Below, piece by piece: positions 1 to 7,260 of a stretch of 64,000 bases of DNA. Positions within the stretch are counted from its first letter, which is position 1. Each line of letters starts with the position of its first letter. The stretch is taken from contig JACPSJ010000005.1 in NCBI GenBank assembly GCA_016193315.1, positions 68-64,067 on the forward strand. The letters are read 5' to 3'. The notes below the pieces were generated by a model. It searched no databases. It worked only from the letters and a program-made list of their open reading frames with translations, and was not told where the DNA came from. A program made the position numbers and the translations under genes. The DNA is from Candidatus Kerfeldbacteria bacterium (lineage in GTDB: Bacteria > Patescibacteriota > Patescibacteriia > SBBC01 > CAIJZX01).

Positions 1-42
1 ATCCGTGAATTTCTCGTTTCGCTCATCACCCGGATCTCGGTT

Positions 43-324
43 TTGTTCCTCGAGGGGTGGGTTTTCAGCGTGCTATGGTCTTGGTTTGTGGTACCAACGA
101 TTGGTCTCAAGGAGATCAGCGTACTGGGCGGGACAGGATTGATGATTGTCATCAAACTGATCCGCGCCGTCTCTGTGGGATTCAAGCTCCGTGACTATGG
201 TTACCTCGACATGAACGTGATGGAGTATTGGGAGGAGTATCGAAAGAATTTTGCTGCCATTTCCGTCGCCCTGCGTCCCTTCGAGATCCTTCTGGTGGGT
301 TGGGTTGTCCATCTGTTCATGTAG
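43..324 (+). CDS. hypothetical small hydrophobic protein (may extend beyond window start)
   Basis: 93-aa ORF with hydrophobic segments; followed by hairpin terminator at 370-414. Confidence 0.35.
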   Translation: MFLEGWVFSVLWSWFVVPTIGLKEISVLGGTGLMIVIKLIRAVSVGFKLRDYGYLDMNVMEYWEEYRKNFAAISVALRPFEILLVGWVVHLFM

Positions 325-369
325 CGTGTGAGCGCTTGGGGTCGGATTGATCTTTCATCGCGATCGCAA

Positions 370-414
370 CCCCCGCAAGAACCTCTGTGTTCCTTCCGGG
401 GGTTTCTTGTTTTT
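370..414 (+). terminator. rho-independent terminator
   Basis: CCCCCG(370-375)...CGGGGG(397-402) 6-bp stem followed by TTTCTTGTTTTT. Confidence 0.45.
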
Positions 415-454
415 AAAGAAAACCAAACCCGATTTCCGGAGTCTCATATCCGCT

Positions 455-461
455 GTTAGAC
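455..461 (-). repeat. attC remnant (3' core only, GTTAGAC on + strand)
   Basis: cgctGTTAGAC matches 3' ends of complete sites; reverse-complementary to GTCTAAC at 485-491. Confidence 0.4.
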
Positions 462-484
462 GATGCGAAGCAAAGCGGAGTTTC

Positions 485-572
485 GTCTAACGTTTGCGCG
501 TATGCGATGTTGCGCGGGTGTATACTATCGCGAAGCGGACACCCGCGCAATTCCGTATACGCGCTGTTATCG
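485..572 (-). repeat. attC-like site 1 (88 bp)
   Basis: + strand GTCTAAC-GTTTGCGCGTATGCG...inner 10-bp palindrome GCGCGGGTGT/ACACCCGCGC...CGTATACGCGCT-GTTATCG; on - strand ends in GTTAGAC (GTTRRRY). Confidence 0.7.
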
Positions 573-709
573 GATGTTTTGCTCGCAATCATAATAAATG
601 GGCCCTTTTGGATTCGTTTTTTATTGACATACAGCGCTTCATTTGATAACGTCGGTTTGCCTGAAAATAGTGCAGGCTTTGTACGTTCCCAATCGGGAGG
701 GCGCAGAGT

Positions 710-1252
710 ATGAATCTCCGGATGGTTTTTGGGATGTTGCTCGTCGTGTTGTATGGATGCACTCATGCAAAGGAGGTCAAGGAGATGAACGACGCGGTCG
801 TCACTACGTTGGCCCTCCGGACCGACAGTTCGGATATCATGAGAATGGGCCCTGATGCTTTTGCGCTTGATGTGAGAGCGAGGGAGTGGCGCGATGTGCA
901 TCTGAAGGGAAGCGAGTTCGCAGTACTGCCACTCCAGGAGAGTTTCTACCAGCCGCGTCGTACCGACAAGCCCTATGCTGGCTCCCGGCATTACCTTCTC
1001 TATCGCCTTCGGGCTGGCGAGACGATTCGGGGCGTCGTCGAACGATATCGTTCGCTCGCTGGCGACGGAGTTGATGGTGATGACGGCGTGTCCATCCTCG
1101 GTGAGGCAGAACGGCTTCATCATTTGCACCATGACCGGCGGGACGCGCAGGAGGGCGATTTCTGTCCTTTGATCTTGCCGCGTCTCACACACGACGTCTG
1201 CGCTGGCGTGGTTCACTGCCAGCTTCATGGAATGACCGTCGTCACATTCTAG
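710..1252 (+). CDS. cassette ORF: putative lipoprotein (opposite orientation to array)
   Basis: N-terminal signal MNLRMVFGMLLVVLYGC (lipobox-like), GGAGGG RBS 8 nt upstream; lies between attC sites 1 and 2. Confidence 0.45.
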   Translation: MNLRMVFGMLLVVLYGCTHAKEVKEMNDAVVTTLALRTDSSDIMRMGPDAFALDVRAREWRDVHLKGSEFAVLPLQESFYQPRRTDKPYAGSRHYLLYRLRAGETIRGVVERYRSLAGDGVDGDDGVSILGEAERLHHLHHDRRDAQEGDFCPLILPRLTHDVCAGVVHCQLHGMTVVTF

Positions 1253-1357
1253 CAGCATCGATTGCGACGATGTAGTTGTCCCCCGGGGTCAGAAATGGCC
1301 TCGGGGTTTCTTATTAAACTTCCAAAAGGGCTCCCAAATATTTGCGAGCAAAATTTC

Positions 1358-1509
1358 CGATAACGTTTGCGCGTATCTGTTGTTTGCTGGCTGTATGCTA
1401 TCGCGCCTGCCCGCCGAAGTAAAACGAAGGTGGGAAGCGGCACAGCCAGCAAATAACCGCGGAGGCTCACCCGGTAGGGGGAGCCGGAGCCAGATACGCG
1501 CTGTTAGCT
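1358..1509 (-). repeat. attC-like site 2 (152 bp)
   Basis: CGATAAC-GTTTGCGCGTATCTG...inner palindrome GCTGGCTGT/ACAGCCAGC...CAGATACGCGCT-GTTAGCT; 5' 7-mer complements 3' 7-mer of site 1. Confidence 0.7.
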
Positions 1510-1678
1510 GATGTATTCCTTTTCTTTTCTTCTCTGCCAAGAGAAGGCGGGGAAAAAATCTTTCAAATTTCCTTCAACTCTCTTTACGCCTTACTGTCAA
1601 CTTAAACCCTGAAAAAGAAAACGACCCGTCCTGTAAATCTGGGCGGGTCGTCTGCGAAAGTGCCAGGGAGCTCCCACG

Positions 1679-1951
1679 CTACTTCTGACGGTCTAAGCGC
1701 CCCACTGTAAGCATTGCCTTCTGGGTAATCTTGGGGCCCAAGTCATACCTAGCGACCATCTCCTTGAGCTCAGCAGCAACCCTCCGTGGAGCATTGTTGG
1801 AATAATCCCCGTATTCTATTTCTTCCAACATTCCAATGAGCTCGATGATGAAAACTTCTTCCTTGATCTTGGCGTCCATGTTGGCCACGTATCGCCGGAA
1901 ATGACGCTCTAGGTGGGACAACAGGACGTGATGTGCTGCCCGACCAGACAT
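1679..1951 (-). CDS. cassette ORF, hypothetical (90 aa), second gene of a two-gene cassette
   Basis: ORF between attC sites 2 and 3, 27 bp downstream of 1978-2343 ORF with no attC between them. Confidence 0.5.
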   Translation of the reverse strand: MSGRAAHHVLLSHLERHFRRYVANMDAKIKEEVFIIELIGMLEEIEYGDYSNNAPRRVAAELKEMVARYDLGPKITQKAMLTVGRLDRQK

Positions 1952-1977
1952 TGCTCCCCCATTTCTTCGGCACAGAG

Positions 1978-2343
1978 TTATTTCTTCTCCACGTTCCTCC
2001 TTGCTCGTATTTCCTGAAGAGCCATTCTCGCCTCTTTATGAAGCTCGGCCGTCAAAGCAAGAATTCGGGACAGACGCTCTTCATGTACATCGCCGGCCTG
2101 CCCAGACGGCGCCTTGTCAACTTGCGCCTTGAGGATAGCCACGGCTCTTTTGACCGTGTATCGTTGTCGTTCACTGAGCTGGTCCGCGATAAGCCACCGA
2201 TAAAGGGTTTGTCTGCAGAACGTCCCAAACCCCGGGTATACGCGCAGGACGTTAGCAGCAAGCGTCATTGATCCATAGGCACTGACAGCTTCTTTCAGCT
2301 CGCTTTGTGCATCCTGATTCTCACCAGCAGGTTCGGACTTCAT
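1978..2343 (-). CDS. cassette ORF, hypothetical (121 aa), first gene of a two-gene cassette
   Basis: ORF co-oriented with array; no recognisable family. Confidence 0.5.
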   Translation of the reverse strand: MKSEPAGENQDAQSELKEAVSAYGSMTLAANVLRVYPGFGTFCRQTLYRWLIADQLSERQRYTVKRAVAILKAQVDKAPSGQAGDVHEERLSRILALTAELHKEARMALQEIRARRNVEKK

Positions 2344-2550
2344 GACCCCTCCTTCACGAGTTCATGCCAAACTGAGTGGACGATCTAGAATTCCGTATGA
2401 GCATTGGGCAATATTTTCAAAAAGCAGTTTTGTTTGATCGTGTATCTAAACAAAGTATTGGACATGTGTCAATCCTGTCAGGCAAGAAGATAGAAATTTG
2501 AAAGATTTTTACCCGCTCCGGCGATAGCCGGAAAAGAAAAGGAATATGTC

Positions 2551-2642
2551 AGCTAACGTTTGCGCGTAGGCGAAGTTTGACGGTGATATAATCGTACCAT
2601 CACCGGCAAACTTAGGCGATAGCCGCCTACGCGCTGTTGTGC
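2551..2642 (-). repeat. attC-like site 3 (92 bp; 3' core tandemly duplicated 2646-2652)
   Basis: AGCTAAC-GTTTGCGCGTAGGCG...inner palindrome CGGTGATA/TATCACCG...CGCCTACGCGCT-GTTGTGC then GTTTGAG. Confidence 0.7.
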
Positions 2643-2858
2643 GCTGTTTGAGTTCGAGTATGCAATAATCGCTGCCTCAGGCCTTGACTTTTTTCAAGCC
2701 ACATGCTATTATTGCCCGTTCTTTAAAATGTTTGAGAAAAGCGTTTTGTTCATCAACGTGGTGTACGAAATGCTTTTCTCAAAGCGGGAAAAGCGTGGAT
2801 TGTTGCCGGAATGGCAACGCCCTGTCTCGTCCGGGGAATTCTCGTAAGGAGAGTAGCC

Positions 2859-3185
2859 ATGGACTTCGTGATCCCGAACAAGCAGATGTTCATGCGGCAT
2901 TATGTCGAGTTGGTCGGCAAAGACTTCCTCGGTTGCGGTCGCATGCTTCACATCACGTTTCGCCAGAAGCCGTGTGCCCACAGCTTCCGCTTCGTGGCCC
3001 TGTTCCACGTCAAGGGTCTCAAAGCCAAGCAGGTTCGGGGCACCTTCTACTGGAGCTATTTCAACGAAACCGAACAGTACTTCGACGTACGAGTTAGTGA
3101 CGGTACGCACGAAGGAGAAGTCTTCTACCACGTGCTGAACGAGGAGATCCTGACGACCGATCCGAGAATCAAGGCCATTGCCTGA
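2859..3185 (+). CDS. cassette ORF, hypothetical (~108 aa), opposite orientation
   Basis: Protein-like composition (MDFVIPNKQMFMRHYVELVGKDF...); the overlapping - strand ORF 2709-3203 is R/G-rich antisense-like. Confidence 0.35.
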   Translation: MDFVIPNKQMFMRHYVELVGKDFLGCGRMLHITFRQKPCAHSFRFVALFHVKGLKAKQVRGTFYWSYFNETEQYFDVRVSDGTHEGEVFYHVLNEEILTTDPRIKAIA

Positions 3186-3271
3186 AGTCCGCACCTTCCC
3201 CAATATGGGGCCGAGGGTTTCTGAAAGGAGCCCTCGGTTTTCGTTTATTTAAAGACTCGAACTCAAATGGC

Positions 3272-3334
3272 GCACAACGTTTCGCGCGTCATACGCGGCG
3301 GAGCGAAGCGGAGTTGCGTATACGCGCTGTTGTA
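3272..3334 (-). repeat. attC-like site 4 (63 bp)
   Basis: GCACAAC-GTTTCGCGCGTCATACGCG...GCGTATACGCGCT-GTTGTAC; 5' 7-mer complements 3' 7-mer of site 3. Confidence 0.65.
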
Positions 3335-3386
3335 CGATGATTTGCCTCCCGACCAATAAAGATAAGCGCGGTTTCACCGTTGCTAA

Positions 3387-3878
3387 TTACTCGCCAAGTA
3401 GTTCCTCAGCAACTTCAAGGGCTATGTCATATTGAGATTTACCAGCCTTCTTCCGCTCGTATTCGTATGCTTCTGACAGAACTTCGTCTTGTGCCTTGTC
3501 TATCAACACAGCTTCTTTCGAGACTTCGGGCGTAACCTGTGTTCTAAGCTCAGCTAATTTGTAAAACTTATTGTAAAGTTTTCTAATGACATCTGAGCCT
3601 TCGTAAGAAAAGCTTTCAACGTCAGAAGTGTTTCCATCACCAAGTAATAAACCATCAATAAATCCGTACCCACGAGAGGTAAGGTATACCGAGTGTCCGT
3701 TGAGAGTCCCTTCAATTCGGGTATCCGGCCCATATGAACTTGCTTCAAGCTCTATATCACCCGTGACATTGAGTTCAGATTTCAATTTCTCGTATAATTG
3801 CAGTTTTTCACGTAACTCTGACAGCTCATGCTGTGATGGCGTCATTATTTCTTCTGGTGATGGTCGATCTTTTTCCAT
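3387..3878 (-). CDS. cassette ORF, hypothetical (163 aa), AT-rich
   Basis: ORF between attC sites 4 and 5; compositionally AT-rich relative to host. Confidence 0.55.
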   Translation of the reverse strand: MEKDRPSPEEIMTPSQHELSELREKLQLYEKLKSELNVTGDIELEASSYGPDTRIEGTLNGHSVYLTSRGYGFIDGLLLGDGNTSDVESFSYEGSDVIRKLYNKFYKLAELRTQVTPEVSKEAVLIDKAQDEVLSEAYEYERKKAGKSQYDIALEVAEELLGE

Positions 3879-3945
3879 TGAGATATAGATAGTGTTCTAG
3901 TCTAGAGAAACCGCGCTTATCTTACAACGAGGGAGGCAAATTTTC

Positions 3946-4039
3946 GTACAACGTTTCGGGCTAGCCGAAGTTTGGCTGTGGTACACTTGCGCACCAGCGC
4001 CCACCACAGCCAAATTTGGGTGAGCGAGCGCCGCTTTCA
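3946..4039 (-). repeat. attC-like site 5 (divergent variant)
   Basis: GTACAAC-GTTTCGGGCTAGCCG, inner 13-bp palindrome AAGTTTGGCTGTGG/CCACAGCCAAATTT, degenerate far end (GCTTTCA instead of GTTNNNN) overlapping the stop codon of the 4037-4624 ORF. Confidence 0.5.
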
Positions 4040-4624
4040 AATGATATTCCAAAGTCTGGTTGTCGGGTCGAGTTTATATTTTTGTACGTTGATGTGAACA
4101 GGTTTTCCTAAGAATGTAAAACCATATCTCACATCTAATATTATTCCATTGTCCGTAAGCTCTTTTTCTAAGTCGATTTCATTATCCTTTAAGGATTCTT
4201 TTGTGTTGAAAGGGTAAACACGGGAATCTCTTGCGGCCATGTACATTGCTACCTTGGAAAGGTTTTTGAGAATAATAGTTCTTTCTTTAAGTACCACAAT
4301 GAAAGTAATGGTTAAATCTTCGAAAGCATTATCGGTAGTGTTCATGTAGTGAATTTCGGTCGTGGGATTACCTTTCATAACACGAATTAACAAGGCTGGC
4401 TTCTTGCTAGCAACATAAGCCTTGTTAGTATGCCAAAAGCTAGCTATTACAAATGAAGCGGAAATAAATGCAGCAATTAATCCCCAAAGAGAAATCCAGT
4501 GGCCGATTTTTTCACTGGCTGTAATATTCCCTAAATGAGATTGCAGCCAAATATAATACGACAACCAGACACCCAGAAGAAGGAGAGAAATTATTATTGT
4601 TGATAATACATACTTTGTCTTCAT
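4037..4624 (-). CDS. cassette ORF, N-terminally membrane-anchored hypothetical protein (195 aa), AT-rich
   Basis: N-terminal TM helices (LSTIIISLLLLGVWLSYYIWL, WGLIAAFISASFVIASFW); second gene of two-gene cassette. Confidence 0.55.
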   Translation of the reverse strand: MKTKYVLSTIIISLLLLGVWLSYYIWLQSHLGNITASEKIGHWISLWGLIAAFISASFVIASFWHTNKAYVASKKPALLIRVMKGNPTTEIHYMNTTDNAFEDLTITFIVVLKERTIILKNLSKVAMYMAARDSRVYPFNTKESLKDNEIDLEKELTDNGIILDVRYGFTFLGKPVHINVQKYKLDPTTRLWNII

Positions 4625-4666
4625 GGCGCTCGCGAACCGGCTAGCCCGTGTTAGGCGGAGTAAATT

Positions 4667-4873
4667 TTAGTCGGGTCTACTTAAATCTTCTAAGTATTTT
4701 TCAGCATTCTTCTGGTTGTTGAATGTTTGTACGGTATAACCTATTCCATCTCGGTCAATTTGGTTACGTTTTCGTTGAGTTTTGTATACCACAAAAGAGT
4801 CTTTGCTGACTTTTCTAACGTTAAACCAATAACCCTCTTTTTCTATATATTTCGATGATATTTCGGTAACCAT
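4667..4873 (-). CDS. cassette ORF, hypothetical (68 aa), AT-rich
   Basis: ORF co-oriented, 42 bp upstream of 4037-4624 with no attC between. Confidence 0.45.
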   Translation of the reverse strand: MVTEISSKYIEKEGYWFNVRKVSKDSFVVYKTQRKRNQIDRDGIGYTVQTFNNQKNAEKYLEDLSRPD

Positions 4874-4898
4874 AATAGGAATGACTAAAATTTATTTC

Positions 4899-4983
4899 GC
4901 CTAACGTTTGCGCGTCATACGCCCGTCATCCGAAGCTTTAGCGTAGGATGATGGCGTATACGCGCTGATATATGATGTTGGCA
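4899..4983 (-). repeat. attC-like site 6 (first attC next to attI side)
   Basis: GCCTAAC-GTTTGCGCGTCATACGCC...GGCGTATACGCGCT then GATATATGAT-GTTGGCA; on - strand ends with canonical GTTAGGC. Confidence 0.65.
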
Positions 4984-4995
4984 CATGATTGTTTG

Positions 4996-5427
4996 TCACT
5001 TGCTTTTCATTATCCACCAACTCTTATCGTCTCCAATGTAAAAGGGGTCTTGTGTTTTTCTATAACGCTTAAATCCAAGTTTTTCGTGCCCTTTCAAAGA
5101 GGCGATATTTTTGGACTCAATGTAAGCAATGATAGTCAAACCTTGAGCATCTTCTTTGAGTCTCTCGTATAGTTTGGTGCCTATTCCTGTCCGTCGATAT
5201 TTTGGATGTACAAACCAATCAGCGATATATACCTCGTCATTTTTAGTTTTCATGGCTATTATTGCACCAATAATTTCATCTTGATCCTTAGCCAGAAAAA
5301 CATAGCCGAAAGAGACAAAAGAAGCTATGTCATAGGTGCCGGTCATGTAAGGTCCGCCCCAGACTTTTCGTTCGAACTCCCTGACTTTCTGACTCTCACT
5401 GGGCTTTGCTCTGGAAATTTTAATCAT
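4996..5427 (-). CDS. GNAT family N-acetyltransferase (first cassette)
   Basis: Acetyl-CoA binding motif region YRRTGIGTKLYERL; 143 aa; flanked by 11-bp inverted repeat CATGTGCCAA(C) at 4977-4987 and 5428-5438. Confidence 0.7.
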   Translation of the reverse strand: MIKISRAKPSESQKVREFERKVWGGPYMTGTYDIASFVSFGYVFLAKDQDEIIGAIIAMKTKNDEVYIADWFVHPKYRRTGIGTKLYERLKEDAQGLTIIAYIESKNIASLKGHEKLGFKRYRKTQDPFYIGDDKSWWIMKSK

Positions 5428-5522
5428 GTGCCAATTTCATATATCTCGTTATTATGCGAACCTGGGTGGGCAGATAGCCTCATTATTGCCTATTTTGTTA
5501 AATAATGCTATGAATAAAGCCG
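5428..5522 (-). promoter_or_regulatory. candidate attI / divergent promoter region between intI-like gene and first cassette
   Basis: AT-rich 95-bp spacer; aTTGGCAC at the cassette-1 junction mirrors GTTGGCAC at the far side of attC site 6; TTGCCT-17-TATGAA promoter-like on + strand. Confidence 0.3.
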
Positions 5523-6371
5523 GTGGCGAGAAAGGCCACCAATTTTATTATGACGTATATTCAATCACCGCTTGATCGGACCGAAACCGAGCTTCGGATC
5601 CGCAATTACAGCCCTCGAACTCGGCAGAGCTATGTGCACTGTCTGCGCGCATTCTTTTCGTTCGTCGGAGCGGACGTTGAGCGCTCGAACGAGGAACGCG
5701 TTCGGCAGTTCCTGCTTTCTTTGGAACAGCGCGGCGCTTCACCTCAGACGCGGAATATTCATTTGAGTGCCATCAAGTTTTACTATCGGTGTGTTGTCCG
5801 TTCCGGTGCGCTGATCGCTGTCCCGGCCGCTAAGAAATCGGCCGCCTTGCCAGCGGTTCTTTCCCGCGATGAGGTCCGCCGGATGCTGGACGTGACCGTC
5901 AACGAAAAACATCGCCTGCTGCTAGCGCTGGCATACGCCGCGGGACTTCGGGTGAGTGAGGTGGTGGCCTTGCGCGTCGGAGATATCGATCTGCCGGAAC
6001 TCACCGTGCACATCAAACGGGCAAAAGGACAGAAAGACCGGATCAGCATCATGCCGGAGACCTTGCGCGAAGAACTCTCGCGTCTCATGGCGGGAAAGGG
6101 GGGCGATGCGCCGGTGTTTGCTAGCGCGCGGGGCGGAGTGCTCACGACGCGTACCGCACAGAAAATCTTTGAGCACGCGCTTGCTAAAACCGGCATCAGA
6201 AAACCGGCCACCTTCCACAGCCTGCGCCACAGCTTTGCCACCCACCTGCTGGAAAACGGAACGGACGTGCGCTACGTGCAGGAACTGCTCGGGCACCAAA
6301 ACATCAGAACAACCCAGAGATACACCCGGGTCACAAATCCGATGCTCAAACACATCAAGAGCCCGCTGTAA
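5523..6371 (+). CDS. IntI-like tyrosine recombinase lacking the IntI-specific additional domain (282 aa)
   Basis: N-term RIRNYSPRTRQSYVHCLRAFFSFVG and KGQKDRISIMPETLREELSRL, C-term GIRKPATFHSLRHSFATHLLENGTDVRYVQELLGHQNIRTTQRYT (R-H-R-Y catalytic residues) closely resemble IntI1 blocks; ~40 aa shorter than IntI between patch-II lysine and box HxLRH. Confidence 0.8.
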   Translation: MARKATNFIMTYIQSPLDRTETELRIRNYSPRTRQSYVHCLRAFFSFVGADVERSNEERVRQFLLSLEQRGASPQTRNIHLSAIKFYYRCVVRSGALIAVPAAKKSAALPAVLSRDEVRRMLDVTVNEKHRLLLALAYAAGLRVSEVVALRVGDIDLPELTVHIKRAKGQKDRISIMPETLREELSRLMAGKGGDAPVFASARGGVLTTRTAQKIFEHALAKTGIRKPATFHSLRHSFATHLLENGTDVRYVQELLGHQNIRTTQRYTRVTNPMLKHIKSPL

Positions 6372-6551
6372 AACGTGGGGATGTTCCTGCCTGCCGCGCC
6401 TCGGATCGCCCGATAAAAAGTTTTGTTGGCGGTGGGAGTGAGATTCTCCGTCTCCGTTGCCGCTGGTAACTTCGGGCGGATCCGCCGCAGCAATATTTTC
6501 ATATTGCGGAGGCGGAGAACTCACGAGACCCTTTCGGATCTGCAGCTTTTT

Positions 6552-6579
6552 CCGGCGAAGCCGGATCCGGCTTCGCCGG
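6552..6579. repeat. perfect 28-bp palindrome CCGGCGAAGCCGGATCCGGCTTCGCCGG
   Basis: Seen in spacer between recombinase gene and tRNA-Ser; preceded by TTTTT. Confidence 0.4.
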
Positions 6580-6631
6580 GCGAGAGCGGCGCCTTTCCCG
6601 CCCCTTACTAATTTTCAGAAGGGCGGGCGGG

Positions 6632-6721
6632 ATCCCGCGCATGGCGGAGGGTGGAGGATTCGAACCTCCGAGAAGCTTGCGCCCCTACTGGTTTTCGAAA
6701 CCAGCGCATTCGACCACTCTG
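6632..6721 (-). tRNA. tRNA-Ser (anticodon CGA), class II with long variable arm, CCA encoded
   Basis: Acceptor GGAGGGU/ACCCUCC, D-stem GCA/UGC, anticodon loop UUCGAAA, T-arm GGAGGUUCGAAUCCUCC, discriminator G + CCA. Confidence 0.85.
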
Positions 6722-6840
6722 CCAACCCTCCGCCATGTGCGGTGACAACCACTCGGCCACTCCTCCGTCAGGGATTTTCCGATACCCGACAGGCTGGCCG
6801 ATTGTAGCCCGTTTGCTATCATACATCAAGTCGGAACACC

Positions 6841-7260
6841 ATGAAACTGCGCCGCGCCATCGTTATTTCCGTCGTCACCTACCTGACGACATTTGTCATT
6901 GGCGCGGCTGTGTCTTTCTTGATAAGTCATCCGGTAAGCGTTGACCAGCCACCTTCAGCCAATGCCGTCCTTGCCACCATGCTGGCCGCCATCGTCGCTG
7001 GTGGTTTTGGTGCCTGGTGGTATCTCCGCCCGGCCGAGATACCGGGCGGGGCAAAGGCCGGATTCTTGTTCGGGCTAGTAGCCACCGTCACCGCCTTCAT
7101 CCTCGACGGGCTGCTAGCGCTTGGACTACTGGTAAGTGGACGAGACCCAATGCCTTTATTGCGGGACTCATATACCCACTGGTTTTTCGGCATCATGATG
7201 GTTGTTGGCCTGGTCGTGACAACGCTTGTTGGCACCAGCAAGGTTCGGCATGGCTATTAG
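6841..7260 (+). CDS. hypothetical integral membrane protein (139 aa)
   Basis: Four predicted TM segments. Confidence 0.5.
   Translation: MKLRRAIVISVVTYLTTFVIGAAVSFLISHPVSVDQPPSANAVLATMLAAIVAGGFGAWWYLRPAEIPGGAKAGFLFGLVATVTAFILDGLLALGLLVSGRDPMPLLRDSYTHWFFGIMMVVGLVVTTLVGTSKVRHGY

Larger units (their letters stand above)
455..6371 (-). mobile_element. integron-like platform: IntI-like recombinase, candidate attI, array of >=6 attC-like sites with chained core complementarity
   Basis: Repeated imperfect palindromes bounded by RYYYAAC/GTTNNNN 7-mers; 3' 7-mer of each site is the reverse complement of the 5' 7-mer of the next site; divergent IntI-like tyrosine recombinase at 5523-6371. Confidence 0.75.

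Noticed and set aside
413-1258. 281-aa - strand ORF spanning the lipoprotein cassette
   Set aside because: It reads straight through attC-like site 1 (485-572) and its product is Arg/His-rich and antisense-like. The + strand ORF 710-1252 has a lipoprotein signal and an RBS and is preferred.
2709-3203. 164-aa - strand ORF in the cassette between sites 3 and 4
   Set aside because: Composition is typical of antisense translation of a GC-rich gene. The + strand ORF has a more protein-like sequence. Orientation remains uncertain.
470-4985. Possibility that the recurring elements are a CRISPR array
   Set aside because: Units are 63-152 bp imperfect palindromes with variable centres. They are separated by 0.4-1 kb segments containing ORFs, not 30-40 bp spacers, and there is no direct-repeat identity.
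6552-6579. 28-bp palindrome as a transcription terminator
   Set aside because: No U-run on either side in the right position (T-run precedes it on the + strand). A similar CCGGCTTCGCCGG string inside clpB (about 17250) is coding, so the motif alone is not diagnostic. Kept only as a repeat.
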